From the NCBI GenBank assembly GCA_012026655.1, contig JAAILG010000353.1:1-64000 (forward strand): a DNA stretch of 64,000 nt, in the 5' to 3' direction. The notes below the pieces were generated by a model. The model did no database searches and had not been told where the DNA came from. It saw only the letters and a list, made by a program, of their open reading frames with translations. This document shows, one piece after another, positions 62,616 to 64,000 of the stretch. Origin of the DNA: Hydrolagus affinis. Taxonomy: Eukaryota. A program made the translations under genes and the position numbers. The first letter of the stretch is position 1. Each line of letters starts with the position of its first letter.

Positions 62616-63897
62616 TTCCCACCAGGAAACATTCACAGTTTTTAAACATATCACCGATTCCAATAAGATGCATCGCAAAGCTTTCACATCACACCACTTA
62701 ACAAATTTTCCCGAAATTCATTGACTCAAAAGAATTAAAATTCTTGACTGCTGTTTCAAATCTGAAATATGCTGAACAGTGTTGTAAATTGACCTGGGGG
62801 AAATAAATTGGAAAATTGCTGACTTGATTACTTACATTAGATTTTTTCTACTTTTCCATTTAGTCATTCAAATGTGAGATGACGATGATCAGTGTTAATG
62901 GAGGTGATCACCTCAAAGCAAAGCATAGAATCCGACATAATTGCTAACCCATTTGCAAATCACTTTGTTCACCACTGAGCAGCCCTTGGAGTGGGAAAGT
63001 AAACATTCATTCAAAATTATTTCAAACAATAAATTATCCATTGCAATTGATGTAGCCCTTTTCAAGTCGAACCTATTCTCTGTTGCCACAGTGGAGATTG
63101 GCATGTTATTTATGATGGGCCGTCTCTTCTGGCTTTCCATTGGCTCAAATTATTGCTTTTAGCAGTTGATTTTTATCAGTAAAGAATTCTTTAAAACTCA
63201 GCCAAACAGACCTTTGGCTTCCTCACACGAGCTTGAAAAAGCTTTTGACTCGACTGCTCGAAAACTACACTGCAAGGGACCTGGAAATTGATTTATTGTC
63301 ATTTAATTCCTGTAAACTGATGAGTGCCCAGACTTTTTTTGTGTTACTGTGCAAACTTCGCATCTATCAATATTTCCAGAATCACCTTGACACAAAGTTC
63401 TAGTTTAGTTGTTCAAAAGAGTCCTTTGCCTCTGGTTAAGATTCAGCTGGCTCTCACACCCATTGAACACACCTCAGAGTGAAATAATGTACACAATTTA
63501 TTGCTGCAGTCACACACTCTTCAGAATTTGTTAAAAAACTAAAGCACGCAATGAATTGTGACATACTTTCCTGCTAGAATTTGTGGTTAAAACTAAGTAT
63601 ATTGTTTTCCCAACATTCACACTCTGTTGCAAAAATATAATAGTTTATGAATAAACATGCATCATAGAAATTTCCTTCACTGTAGCTTGGAATTGATTCC
63701 CAAGCCAAGGACAGTAGAATAGATGTATTTTAATCAATAAAATTATTATCTCATTAGTCTTGCAAATACAATAACAACACATGTTATGTCATGAACGCCT
63801 ATGTAGAATACAACCATAAATTGACAGCCAGTGCAGGTCTAAACCACAGCAGTTTCAAAACAATTTCATTAAACTCACTAAAGTCACTACACAACCA

Positions 63898-63950
63898 GGG
63901 TATATCCTGTGAAGCACTTTGAGAAGTCCTTTAAGAATTGTTTTTATTAT
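63898..63950 (+). mobile_element. SINE tail remnant
   Basis: gtatatcctgtgaagcactttgagaagtc. Confidence 0.5.
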
Positions 63951-64000
63951 ACATAAAGACAACACTCCAACTCTTGGGAACGCCCTACTTTGTGATCTAC

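Noticed and set aside
1-64000. CRISPR array, operon or other prokaryote-type system
   Set aside because: The sequence is vertebrate-like non-coding DNA, with no regularly spaced repeats and no long ORFs.

Overview
This is eukaryotic vertebrate DNA, AT-rich and intronic or intergenic, with one 100-N assembly gap (12643-12742). The repeat content points to a cartilaginous fish, plausibly a chimaera or elephant-shark-type genome. That assignment is inference from the mix of tRNA/Deu-domain SINEs, L2 and CR1 LINE 3' ends and a Penelope-like fragment. I cannot identify any protein-coding gene with confidence, and nearly all listed ORFs are chance or repeat-derived. The window holds about 25 copies of a young ~320-bp tRNA-derived SINE, several older full Deu-domain SINEs, many L2 and CR1 3' ends and microsatellites. 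A promoter-like block with candidate minus-strand 5' exons lies near 22-23 kb. The most notable observations are: (1) a 126-bp insertion with a 13-bp target-site duplication carrying a minimal hammerhead-ribozyme motif (25193-25318); (2) a 200-bp Tigger/pogo-like MITE nested in a Deu SINE (60016-60215); (3) a perfect 31-bp inverted repeat (37850-37914); (4) an 82-bp local templated duplication inserted into a SINE (57268-57349, source 58193-58274); (5) a covarying stem-loop shared by three SINE/LINE tail families. All calls were made by eye, with no database searches, and repeat boundaries are approximate.
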